Source of the DNA: a virus
Taxonomy: Duplodnaviria; Caudoviricetes
Virus record (IMG/VR): IMGVR_UViG_3300031569_000023
Location: 1 to 32,609 of that record
Length of the DNA: 32,609 nucleotides
Direction: 5' to 3' (one strand)
Positions within the stretch are counted from its first letter, which is position 1, and each line of letters opens with the position of its first letter. The position numbers and the translations under genes are program-made. Below the pieces are notes generated by a model. The model saw only the letters and a list, made by a program, of their open reading frames with translations. It did no database searches and was not told where the DNA came from. Of the stretch, positions 19,401 through 25,918 are shown one piece after another.

Positions 19401-22400
19401 AATTGTTTATGTATATAAACAAGTTGATGGAGTATTTGAATTATCACAGACATTAGCAAGTCCTAGCAACGAACGAGCTGAAATGTTTGGATGGAAAGTT
19501 GACTTTGACGGTGAAAAACTGCATGTATCTGCTAGAAATTCTGACTCATCATCTAGAACTTATTTTGATGCACAAGCAACTGTATTTGATAAAGGCTTTA
19601 CTGGATTTAAAACTGTAAATGAAGACTCAGGTGTTATCTATGTTTATGAAAAAATAGTAAATGAATTGTTGTTTGCACAAAAATTAGAAATTACCGACAT
19701 TGACGTAAACGATTTTGGTCAGCACATTTTAGCTAAAGACAATCACTTGTATGTTTCGCTACCTAAGAAAGATACAAATAACTTAATTGGCAGTGTATTA
19801 GACTTTGCACTTGGTGATAAAACTAAGACTATGTGGACTACACACAGAGCAGCTAAGCCTACAGTCGATATTAATAAGATCAAGAAAATGTTCCTTTACA
19901 ACACAAAGGAAAATGAGCTATTATCTTATATTGATTACATTGATCCAATACAAGGTAAAGTTGCAGGTGTTGCTGAACAAGAATTGACATTTAAAACTTA
20001 TTACGATCCTGCACTTTATGATATTTCAGATGATATTGGCACAACTATTGACGTAACTAATAGTTGGGGCAGCGAACATGTTGGCGAAGTATGGTGGAAT
20101 TTAACTAATGCTAAATTCTATAATCCTTACCAAGGCGATGTAATTTATAGTACGCAGAATTGGTCAAAAGTATTTGACGGAAATACTATCGATATACACG
20201 AATGGGTAGAGTCAGCAGTATTGCCTAGTGCATGGGATGCACAAGCTGATACAGAAAACGGATTTGCAAAAGGATACAGTGGACTTAGTGTGTATGGCGA
20301 CAGAACTTACAGCACCAAGCGTAAGTACAATAGTATAGCAGGCACATTTAGTACAACGTATTACTTCTGGGTAACTAATAAAAAGACAGTACCGGATGTA
20401 GAATTTAGAAATATTAACATTAGCGATGTTGCAGGATATATTGCTGACCCTGTTGCTAAAGGTTACACATTTGCTGGATTAATTAGTCCTTCGCAGTTTG
20501 TTTTATATAATGCTGAAAAGTATATTAAAGGCACCGACGTTGCTCTAAGCGCACAATTTTGGACTATTGAAAATCAAGATCAAAATATACACAATCAATA
20601 TCAAATTATATCCGAAGGGCTTGAAACAAGTCAGCCTAATGCGGATATCATTAAGAAATGGTACGATAGCTTAATTGGATATGATGCACAAATGCGTGTT
20701 GTTCCTGACCCAACATTAAGTCCTAAGCAAAAATATGGCGCTCTTAATAAGCCAAGACAAAGTTGGTTTGTAAATCGTGCTGAAGCGTTGAAGCAAGTTA
20801 TTGAAAGAACTAACCTTATACTTAAAGAAAACTTAATAGTTGATGACAAAATCTTTACTAAACTGTTTGATGCAGACCCTGAACCTACAGCAGTATCTAA
20901 ACAGTGGGATGTGTCTATTGATACTTTGGATGATTTAGCATTTGTAGGAGTTGCAAGTGCAACCCAAGCAGTATTAACACCAGTAGTTACAGATGGTAAA
21001 ATTACAAGTGTTATTATTACAAATCCTGGTAAAGGATATCGAGTTGCACCCACAGTAACTATTAATGATAGCGGTACAGGAGCTTCACTACAAACTGTAA
21101 TTGATTCAAAAGGAAGAATTACTTCTGTTACTGTATTAAAATCCGGAGCGCAGTATAGTACTACACCTACATTAACAGTAAGAAGATTTACAGTATTAAT
21201 TAAATCTGATAGTACAGTGCAAGGTAAATGGGCAATGTACGAAAGAGTTACTGAAACTAAGACTTGGACAAGAATACAAAGTCAAGGGTATAATGTAAGA
21301 TTGTATTGGGACTACGAAGATTGGTATGCAACTGGATACAGTGCGTTAACTGATATTAGTTACCTAATTGACAATAGTTATGAATTAACTGCATTAGATA
21401 ATGCGATCGGAGATACAGTAAAAATATCCTCAATTGGCACAGGTGGTTGGTTGTTGCTAGAAAAGATAGCTAGCGTAGATACTGAAGACTATACAGTTAA
21501 TTATAAGACAATCGGTAGACAAGACGGAACAATACAATTTAAATCTACATTGTATAATACAGCTTCGTCTGCAACCGGCTTTGATACAATTAGTTTTGAT
21601 ACAAAAATTTATGACAGTGAACCAGTAATTGAACTTAGAACTGTATTAGGCTCAATTCAAACTGATCTGTTTATTGATGATTTACTAGTTAAATTTAATG
21701 CATTATTCTTTGCAAGTTTAAGATATGCATTTAGTGAACAGACTTATATTGATTGGGCGTTTAAGTCTAGCTTTATTAAAGCTAAACATAATGCAGGAAT
21801 ACTAAGAGAAGATATTACATTTAATAATGATAACCTTCCTAGTTACGAATCGTATATTAAAGAAGTTAAACCGTTTGCTACTAAAATTAGAGAATATTTA
21901 AGTGCATACGAGGCACTTGATAATACAAGTACAGTAACAACTGATTTTGATTTACCACCTGCATATAGTGCTGTTGAGGGGAAAATTGTTCCCCAGAATG
22001 TTAAAGTACAAGATGGCGTATTAGTTAGTTCTAATACAGATCTTGAAACGTATCCTAACAAAAATTGGTTAGATAACAGCAGTTATGAAATTGTAAAAGT
22101 TGCAATAGTTAATCCTGGTAAAGGATATAGAAGTGCTCCTACATTAACAGTAACAGGCGGAGCAGTGCTAGAAGCAACTATTGGAACTAACGGAAGGGTA
22201 ACTAATGTAACTGTTATTAACCCGGGTACTGGCTATTATGATGTTCCTGCAATAACTGAATTAAGTAATATTACAGATGAAGGCGAAGCAGCAACATACA
22301 GTGTGCAGCTAGGCAATAGTCCTGTTAGAGGCTTAAAGTCTACAGTTAGATTTGATAGAACTACAGGAACTTATGTATATACACAGTTAGCTCAAGCAGA

Positions 22401-25272
22401 AACTTATGTTGGCACTGGTAGTAAATATGAGTACAATTTAAATTGGCCAATGGATTTAAGTAAGTCAACTGTACAAGTATTTGTTAATGGACAAGAATCT
22501 TTAAACAGCGAATACACTTTTAAAAATATTTTAGATATCACTAAGGGGTATGATCGTTATTACGGACAAGTAGCATTTACTAACGCACCTACAAATACTT
22601 ACTCAGTACAAATTAACTATAAAAAGTCTTCGAGCTTAATGCAAGCGCAAGATAGAATTAATAGTTATTATACTCCTACTTCAGGAATGCCTGGCAAAGA
22701 TCTTAATCAGCTTATGACCGGTTTAGATTACGGCGGAGTTGAAGTTAAGAGCTTCGAGTTTGGTAAAGGTCAAGGTTGGGATGCAGATGAATGGTATAAC
22801 GATACTTGGGATAGCTATGACACAACATTTGAAGATGAGATATTTGAATTAGACGGTTCGACTATAAGCCTTGAACTTGCTGCACCATTAGTAAGCGCAA
22901 CTGTGTACAATGTTTACTTAAATGGAGTGAGAGTTGATGATGTTAATTACGGCACAGCAGATCCTGTAACTAATCCAAATGCACTATGTCAAAGTATTAC
23001 AGGTGACGGAACTACAACAATTATATTCCTTGATAATGACGGACTTAATCTTGTAAACGCAGCTAACGACATAATTATTATTAGAAAATCAACTAGTGAC
23101 GGTACTTACTTACCAGATCCAAATAGTTATGATAGTGTAATAACAGGAGGAGCATTAAATTACTCAACTGCAACTGGTATTAGTGCAGCAGAAATTATCT
23201 TAGATGGCGACGGATTTGTAACTCAAACTACAAGTGCAGGACCAGAAGAATTAATTCCTGGACAACTACTTGACACCTTTGATATTAAAGTATATGAAAG
23301 GCCTCAAAACGGCAGCAGCCAAATTACTTCAAGAAATTATACAGGCGACGGCACAACTAAAACTTTTGACTTAGGTGTAACGCCGTTACAAGCAGGCGGC
23401 GTATTTGTAAAAGTAGGATTTAACATTATTACTTCTAGCAATTACACTATTAGTTACGTTAACAAAACTGTTACATTTAACACTGCTCCGGCAGTAAGTG
23501 CAAAAGTGCATCTAGCAGTACTAGGAGTAAGCGGCACTGAGATATTAGATATCGATCACTTTGTTGCAGACGGAAGTACAGCTAAGTTTTTAACTAATGT
23601 AAGATTTAAAGAAAACTTACAATACTTTATTACTCTAAATGGTGAGAAGTTAACTAATGTAATTGAAGAAAGCGATGATACATATGCATTTCCTAAAAAT
23701 GTTGTAATTTCATTAGCAACTCCGCCAGCAGCAGGCAGCGTAATAAACTTTGCTTTCTTCGAAGGTGCAGCACAAAACTTTAGTGAAGTTTCGATTGATA
23801 CATTTACAGGAGACGGTTCTACAGTACAGTTTACTTTAGCTCAAACTCCGTTTAATAATAGTCCAGCTGCTTGGTTTACTATTGTTAAGGTTAATAATAA
23901 AATACTTAATGCAGGATATAATCGTAGATTTGTAACAACAGCAGCAAAGCGTGAATATCAATTAGAAGAATTTCAAATTCCACCTGGCGCAGTTAACAAT
24001 AAGCAAATGAAAGTTTTCTTAAATAATAAAGAATTAGCTTATAATACAGAATGGACATTTACTGGATCTAGAAAAGCTAGCGGCGGAAGCCTTGTTAGAT
24101 TAAAAGCAAAAGTTAAACAACAAGATGGTGATGTATTAAACGTATATCTGCTTAACGACGGCGAATATAGCTATGGTTACTTTAATGCTGCAAACGACTT
24201 TGTGTCTACTCCAGGTACATTGTATTTAAACAGTGTATATACTGATAGTGATGTTATTACAGTGTATCAATTTAGCAATCATGATTCGCAAGGATTTGCA
24301 AGACAGCAATATGATATAGTTGATAGAATTTCTCTTACTGTTGGAACTACTGATTGGTACCAATACAATCATCTAACTGCCGGACTAATTGAATTAGCAA
24401 AGCCTGCAATTGACGCACAGTATGTATGGGTAACACTTAATGGCGACTTGTTAATTCCTAGTGTACATTATAATGTAACTGATAATAAGCGGTACATCAG
24501 TGTTAACGTTGATATTGCACCAAACGATGTAATTGAATTAATACATTTTGCAGATCCAATATCAGGTAACAAGTACGGCTGGAGCCAATTTAAAGATATG
24601 CTTAACAGAACGCATTATAAGCGTTTAGATGACAGAGATGGCATTATGTTAGCAGCTGACTTAAAATGGTCCGATCAAAGTATTACAGTATCCAATGGAA
24701 CAACGCTTCCAGCACCAAATGCAACTAGTAGCGTTCCCGGAATATTGTTTATTAACGGCGAGCGTATTGAGTACTTTGTAAGAAACGGAAACGTATTAAG
24801 TCAACTACGTAGGGGTACATTGGGCACAGGGGTTAAGGACATTTACTTAATTGGAGAAAATGTTTATAACCAAGGACCTGGATCATCTATGCCGTACAAA
24901 GATGAAACAATTACTTCGCAATTTTTAACAGATGGCACCACAGCAGCATATAATTTAGATTTTACTCCTACTAGTATAGATGAATTTGAAGTATTTGTTG
25001 CAGGTAGACGTTTACGTAAAAATGCGATAAGTAGTTATAACTTTACAACGTTAGTTGCACAGGATTCACCAGAAGGTGATGTAACATTACCAGCAGAATT
25101 TAGTGTAGTTGGCTCTACATTAACATTAACAGAAACACCAAGCGCAAATATTAAGGTGACAGTTGTTAGACGTACAGGAATAATATGGACAGATGCAGGA
25201 ACACGACTAAGTGAGTCGGAATCAGACATCAGTAAATTCTTACGTGCGGCAACAGTTGACCTGCCGCGATAA
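10417..25272 (+). CDS. Giant (4951 aa) virion structural protein in the gp7 position, a mosaic of wedge core and adhesin-like domains
   Basis: Uninterrupted 14.9-kb ORF coupled to gp6 by TAATG. It starts SLLPRFFRT..NKKFL (wedge-type start) and has FYQGMIQDKGT.NAL.KLF and YIKEVKPFATKIRE (gp7/gpI-like core motifs, inferred), FG-GAP-like blades, CBM5/12-like aromatic motifs, NPGxGY repeats and GDGxT repeats. Confidence 0.75.
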   Translation: MSYDNDQNEQALPQGSNGKRKTESLLPRFFRTTPNKKFLSSTLDQLIQPGVVEKLNGYIGRETAKAYTATDNYIGDISDDRFNYQLEPASVIKDNLGNVTFYKDYNDFTNQLNNFNKSNNNHSTVNQQEFYAWNPSVDWDKFSNFREYYWLPLGPQLIGIAGNTVEVESTYTVRIGENDDNQTYVFSPDGLTQNPTITLYRGLTYKFDIDTPNLPFTIKTKKTLEEGFDLDSSSIIVLEGVDLQGLEKGISTLQLGTDTPDVLYYVASNDIEASGTIIVKDISEATFIDVEKEVVGKRTYKSGNSVALSNGMKIEFTGEVIPATYAQGAFYVEGVGDKIRLIPETSLNVPSAFTSDIENQFDTAGFDRMPYSVAIGYPKDKDYVVINRASVDGNLWSRYNRWFHKSVIEAAAKANNQEIEVDQLQRAKRPIIEFEANLKLNNFGTVAKTDIDLVDNFTTDAFSKIEGTPGYNVDGVDLADGMRIMFTADTDKLVAGRIFKVNFINFASGGATNRQITLVAETDSIPQANEVVLVANGTAFKGKMFYYTGTKWELTQAKTKANQCPLFDIFDTNGDSFADITTYSSSTFLGTKLFSYKEGTGTSDTELGFPLAYRSISNVGDIVFSFDLLNDSFTYTSGNDAFTKKTDIGFLRKYTTLTTYENVTGWKKVTTPSEQLVIRQYVFDNTTAGFTLDMYDNSGLLTDLWTRVYLNNTLKFKDIDYTVTNDVNNNAVVTFVKALTLNDVVVIKTRSATVKNNNGYYEIPAALERNPSNDNLKEFTLGEVNDHVATIVEQHDNFTGIYPGTSNLRDIGNVTGYGRRFVQHSAPMNLAMYHMLDNDANVVKSLKFAMNHYSTFKRLFLQLSEDLLLAGTLKAQVDTILTAINKDKSSTDPFYFSDMVPVGATRTLTTTVIDADETFYPISTTFSLSIPSRLAVQVYLNDVQLVHGKDYTFNTDGYVLVTAAKQPDDIIEIYEYETTNGSYVPPTPSKLGLFPAYEPVKYLDNTYQTPRNIIQGHDGSKVAAFDDYRDDLLLELERRIYNNIKVAYDATLLDIHDLAGGDFRNTEVTKAQIDRVMLSDFLKWSKLIDQDYTLHNFFDRANSFTFNYRGSTNAANTLLPGFWREIYQQAYDTDRPHTHPWEMLGLSVMPTWWETQYGPAPYTKENLLLWQDLEAGILRQPNVKYKIFKNYKRPGLSNHIPADSNGNLVSPLASGYINTFDNQLLDESFVFGDGAPIEAAWRSSSQYPFSLITAFAVNKPMKLFATGFDRINQVRNSSNEIVYKTTGTRIKLSDIVFPNTYKDTTQVYTSGLINYVANYMAADVTTSYTAYKSNIKSIKNQLGYKLAGFTDKAKFKLLLDSRTPLTQGNVFVPEENYKVFLNTSTPINTVSYSGVIIERRSDGYVVKGYDTELASFKYYAAISSQADPSINIGGISESYLTWDSAKQYVAGQNIEFNGSYYRVKANFISSTSFDDTNLAKMAALPLIGGRTATVRKKFNKNIELEANYGQMFVTVQDVVDFLLGYGEYLQDQGFVFDYYEVDAQAVLNWRHTVNEFLFWTTQNWGEGSIITLSPASSQLKFESSYSVVDNIFDSFYGYSLLQSDGTALVKEFSTLGRAPNEFIIRPRNTADGVFAVKLPLVQKEHVLLIDNKTVFGDIVYDTQPGYRQERIKVLGYVTQDWDGSLNVPGFIYDEAKVTNWTSWTDYDIGSIVKYKEFYYSASAKLSGTETFITANWDRLSEKPEAGLYANFEYKTNQFADFYDLDSDNFDTEQQKMAQHLIGYQKRSYLENIVNDDVSQYKFYQGMIQDKGTKNALSKLFDVLSSSDKDSLEFYEEWAIKSGQYGASEGFTEYELLLDESKFRLTPQPIDLVTSTTGLETDLVYRILPYEVYQKTPNYDHKPFPEKYVNTSYVKNAGYVNPTDVRGIATQYSNIADFSFNDIRRNDYVWVGNDNLDWNVYKHVDTDYVVEAVLEGTTTFNLILTKNVTDIAVNDVIGIHSFSNYIDDSTLDTDEVFDLEGFFVVSAVDKNIITLITATAQDEIPRCIGSITKFITARATNIDAANIIVQNELVLNDNLWIDNVAGDNQWAVLKNDNLFKESFRTVKQSTSVDESFGTAISVDDRNTTMLVGAPDEDDGKVYVYSRATDSLNFVQTQIIEPLKVSDNTQRFGAAIAISPDGAYMIVGSPNASNVKTKYIAGGFVSGTDYTKGAIVSKDQQLWKALNDIEGAEAAIEFNSFNSVTQVVDALDIENTPTATVPAMFVGNYAISPISGLLAFPNAPTTHMLVRAPLAQFDGSGINDEIKLNWNQITYSNQSLAALAERSPFNGSFANINAAFLEQTHTIQKKIDVILYISSSTNLPQLGNILQTATAFGTVDYTYVTGNEVIIYLTAVNGTFASSDSIFRSDGDFIGEYVQQNQTDSVDTSAQFGGYWFIDTPSYTPTLSTENVDEGRGLVFYDVITDSTDTSRLYANSLDYSTLTINSQNTYNAFIEQLSSQGLPGPYGNNAAILSNKFVVRAPKVISDNVSIAGTINLYVNQLPQHGVGVIRDLTDIGLSTTLTNKSHTIADIWDGKINFDYIDKDAAGNFFEPKVGQTVKDIQSGATAVVTYYQRNSNNATVFVKTVTGTWSQGDQYGQNSQIGFLAIPGDPSPTYQVDRNIGQVQYVSLGLPGEGIGKLLVFEAATGNIPLAPIASLLNVEYWLYSAGTVQGIARPASIPSSTNNNWEQVYQIAAEVTGTAPGSDAQNEGLYSIYTRSAPGRYDLQASYTVPEKAPGLKLGSTIKITKNNDLYRAFIHAAQGSSIASPGIIYFIKKGIENNITFNWDYAKNKKFKGTFSEGTTYFTDDIVYTDFTDGTLYVAKTNIAPGTFNSNDWTSTDDLVDYVGFVPNTTGLSVINDSTVGSTVLNQDDLATFGTEFDVSKSGEVLVTNALYDGKPNQVVVYRSNKGHFERSQEIQGPDETSGFGQAISISVDGTLIAISAPYNDDYKADQGIVYVYKQVDGVFELSQTLASPSNERAEMFGWKVDFDGEKLHVSARNSDSSSRTYFDAQATVFDKGFTGFKTVNEDSGVIYVYEKIVNELLFAQKLEITDIDVNDFGQHILAKDNHLYVSLPKKDTNNLIGSVLDFALGDKTKTMWTTHRAAKPTVDINKIKKMFLYNTKENELLSYIDYIDPIQGKVAGVAEQELTFKTYYDPALYDISDDIGTTIDVTNSWGSEHVGEVWWNLTNAKFYNPYQGDVIYSTQNWSKVFDGNTIDIHEWVESAVLPSAWDAQADTENGFAKGYSGLSVYGDRTYSTKRKYNSIAGTFSTTYYFWVTNKKTVPDVEFRNINISDVAGYIADPVAKGYTFAGLISPSQFVLYNAEKYIKGTDVALSAQFWTIENQDQNIHNQYQIISEGLETSQPNADIIKKWYDSLIGYDAQMRVVPDPTLSPKQKYGALNKPRQSWFVNRAEALKQVIERTNLILKENLIVDDKIFTKLFDADPEPTAVSKQWDVSIDTLDDLAFVGVASATQAVLTPVVTDGKITSVIITNPGKGYRVAPTVTINDSGTGASLQTVIDSKGRITSVTVLKSGAQYSTTPTLTVRRFTVLIKSDSTVQGKWAMYERVTETKTWTRIQSQGYNVRLYWDYEDWYATGYSALTDISYLIDNSYELTALDNAIGDTVKISSIGTGGWLLLEKIASVDTEDYTVNYKTIGRQDGTIQFKSTLYNTASSATGFDTISFDTKIYDSEPVIELRTVLGSIQTDLFIDDLLVKFNALFFASLRYAFSEQTYIDWAFKSSFIKAKHNAGILREDITFNNDNLPSYESYIKEVKPFATKIREYLSAYEALDNTSTVTTDFDLPPAYSAVEGKIVPQNVKVQDGVLVSSNTDLETYPNKNWLDNSSYEIVKVAIVNPGKGYRSAPTLTVTGGAVLEATIGTNGRVTNVTVINPGTGYYDVPAITELSNITDEGEAATYSVQLGNSPVRGLKSTVRFDRTTGTYVYTQLAQAETYVGTGSKYEYNLNWPMDLSKSTVQVFVNGQESLNSEYTFKNILDITKGYDRYYGQVAFTNAPTNTYSVQINYKKSSSLMQAQDRINSYYTPTSGMPGKDLNQLMTGLDYGGVEVKSFEFGKGQGWDADEWYNDTWDSYDTTFEDEIFELDGSTISLELAAPLVSATVYNVYLNGVRVDDVNYGTADPVTNPNALCQSITGDGTTTIIFLDNDGLNLVNAANDIIIIRKSTSDGTYLPDPNSYDSVITGGALNYSTATGISAAEIILDGDGFVTQTTSAGPEELIPGQLLDTFDIKVYERPQNGSSQITSRNYTGDGTTKTFDLGVTPLQAGGVFVKVGFNIITSSNYTISYVNKTVTFNTAPAVSAKVHLAVLGVSGTEILDIDHFVADGSTAKFLTNVRFKENLQYFITLNGEKLTNVIEESDDTYAFPKNVVISLATPPAAGSVINFAFFEGAAQNFSEVSIDTFTGDGSTVQFTLAQTPFNNSPAAWFTIVKVNNKILNAGYNRRFVTTAAKREYQLEEFQIPPGAVNNKQMKVFLNNKELAYNTEWTFTGSRKASGGSLVRLKAKVKQQDGDVLNVYLLNDGEYSYGYFNAANDFVSTPGTLYLNSVYTDSDVITVYQFSNHDSQGFARQQYDIVDRISLTVGTTDWYQYNHLTAGLIELAKPAIDAQYVWVTLNGDLLIPSVHYNVTDNKRYISVNVDIAPNDVIELIHFADPISGNKYGWSQFKDMLNRTHYKRLDDRDGIMLAADLKWSDQSITVSNGTTLPAPNATSSVPGILFINGERIEYFVRNGNVLSQLRRGTLGTGVKDIYLIGENVYNQGPGSSMPYKDETITSQFLTDGTTAAYNLDFTPTSIDEFEVFVAGRRLRKNAISSYNFTTLVAQDSPEGDVTLPAEFSVVGSTLTLTETPSANIKVTVVRRTGIIWTDAGTRLSESESDISKFLRAATVDLPR

Positions 25273-25276
25273 ATAC
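25266..25276 (+). promoter_or_regulatory. Late promoter overlapping the giant gene's stop codon
   Basis: GCGATAAATAC, identical over 11 nt to 29929-29939. Confidence 0.75.
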
Positions 25277-25299
25277 ATTAAGCAGGATGGTATAAAACT

Positions 25300-25914
25300 A
25301 TGACAGACAAATTAAATGAACAAAGTGGTGTGTTACTTCAAGGACACATTAAAATACACAATCCAGAAACTGGAGAAGTTATTGTAGACAAACGCAACGC
25401 TATTCATTATGAAAATATGAGTATTAGTCTTGCAGAAAGTTTAGGCAATGCGGGCACAGGGTGGATTTATCAAATGGGGTTTGGAAACGGCGGCACTAGT
25501 GTTGACCCGACAGGTATTATTACATACTTGACTCCGAACAGCACAGGCACAAATGCTAGTTTGTACAATGAGACATTTACTAAAGTAGTAGACGATCGTA
25601 GTGTAAACAATCTTGACCCGGCACGTAATAAAATTGAAACACGTCACGTAAGTGGCACAAACTATACTGATATTTTAGTAACATGTTTACTAGATTATAG
25701 CGAACCAAGCGGACAAGATGCTTTTGACACAGCAACAAATGCAGACAGTTTATATGTATTTGATGAGTTAGGATTACGAGCATACAGTGCAAGTGGCACA
25801 GGTAGATTATTAACTCACGTTGTTTTCCACCCTGTACAAAAATCACTTAATAGGTTAATTCAAATTGACTATACAGTTCGAGTGCAAAGTTTAACAGGAT
25901 TTAACGAGGGATAA
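25300..25914 (+). CDS. Baseplate / tail-collar fibre attachment protein (P2 gpH N-terminal or gp8-position type, inferred)
   Basis: 204 aa with G.I.I......V.VDK.NAI, MGFGNGG and FDELGL......LLTHVVFHPVQKS.NR.IQIDYTVR, a pattern resembling fibre-attachment domains. It sits between the wedge and fibre genes. Confidence 0.55.
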   Translation: MTDKLNEQSGVLLQGHIKIHNPETGEVIVDKRNAIHYENMSISLAESLGNAGTGWIYQMGFGNGGTSVDPTGIITYLTPNSTGTNASLYNETFTKVVDDRSVNNLDPARNKIETRHVSGTNYTDILVTCLLDYSEPSGQDAFDTATNADSLYVFDELGLRAYSASGTGRLLTHVVFHPVQKSLNRLIQIDYTVRVQSLTGFNEG

Positions 25915-25918
25915 TTAG

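Noticed and set aside
10417-25272. Intein, intron or stop-codon recoding as the cause of the giant ORF
   Set aside because: The frame is open in the standard code, I saw no intein junction or homing-endonuclease motifs, and neighbouring genes end normally in TAA or TGA.
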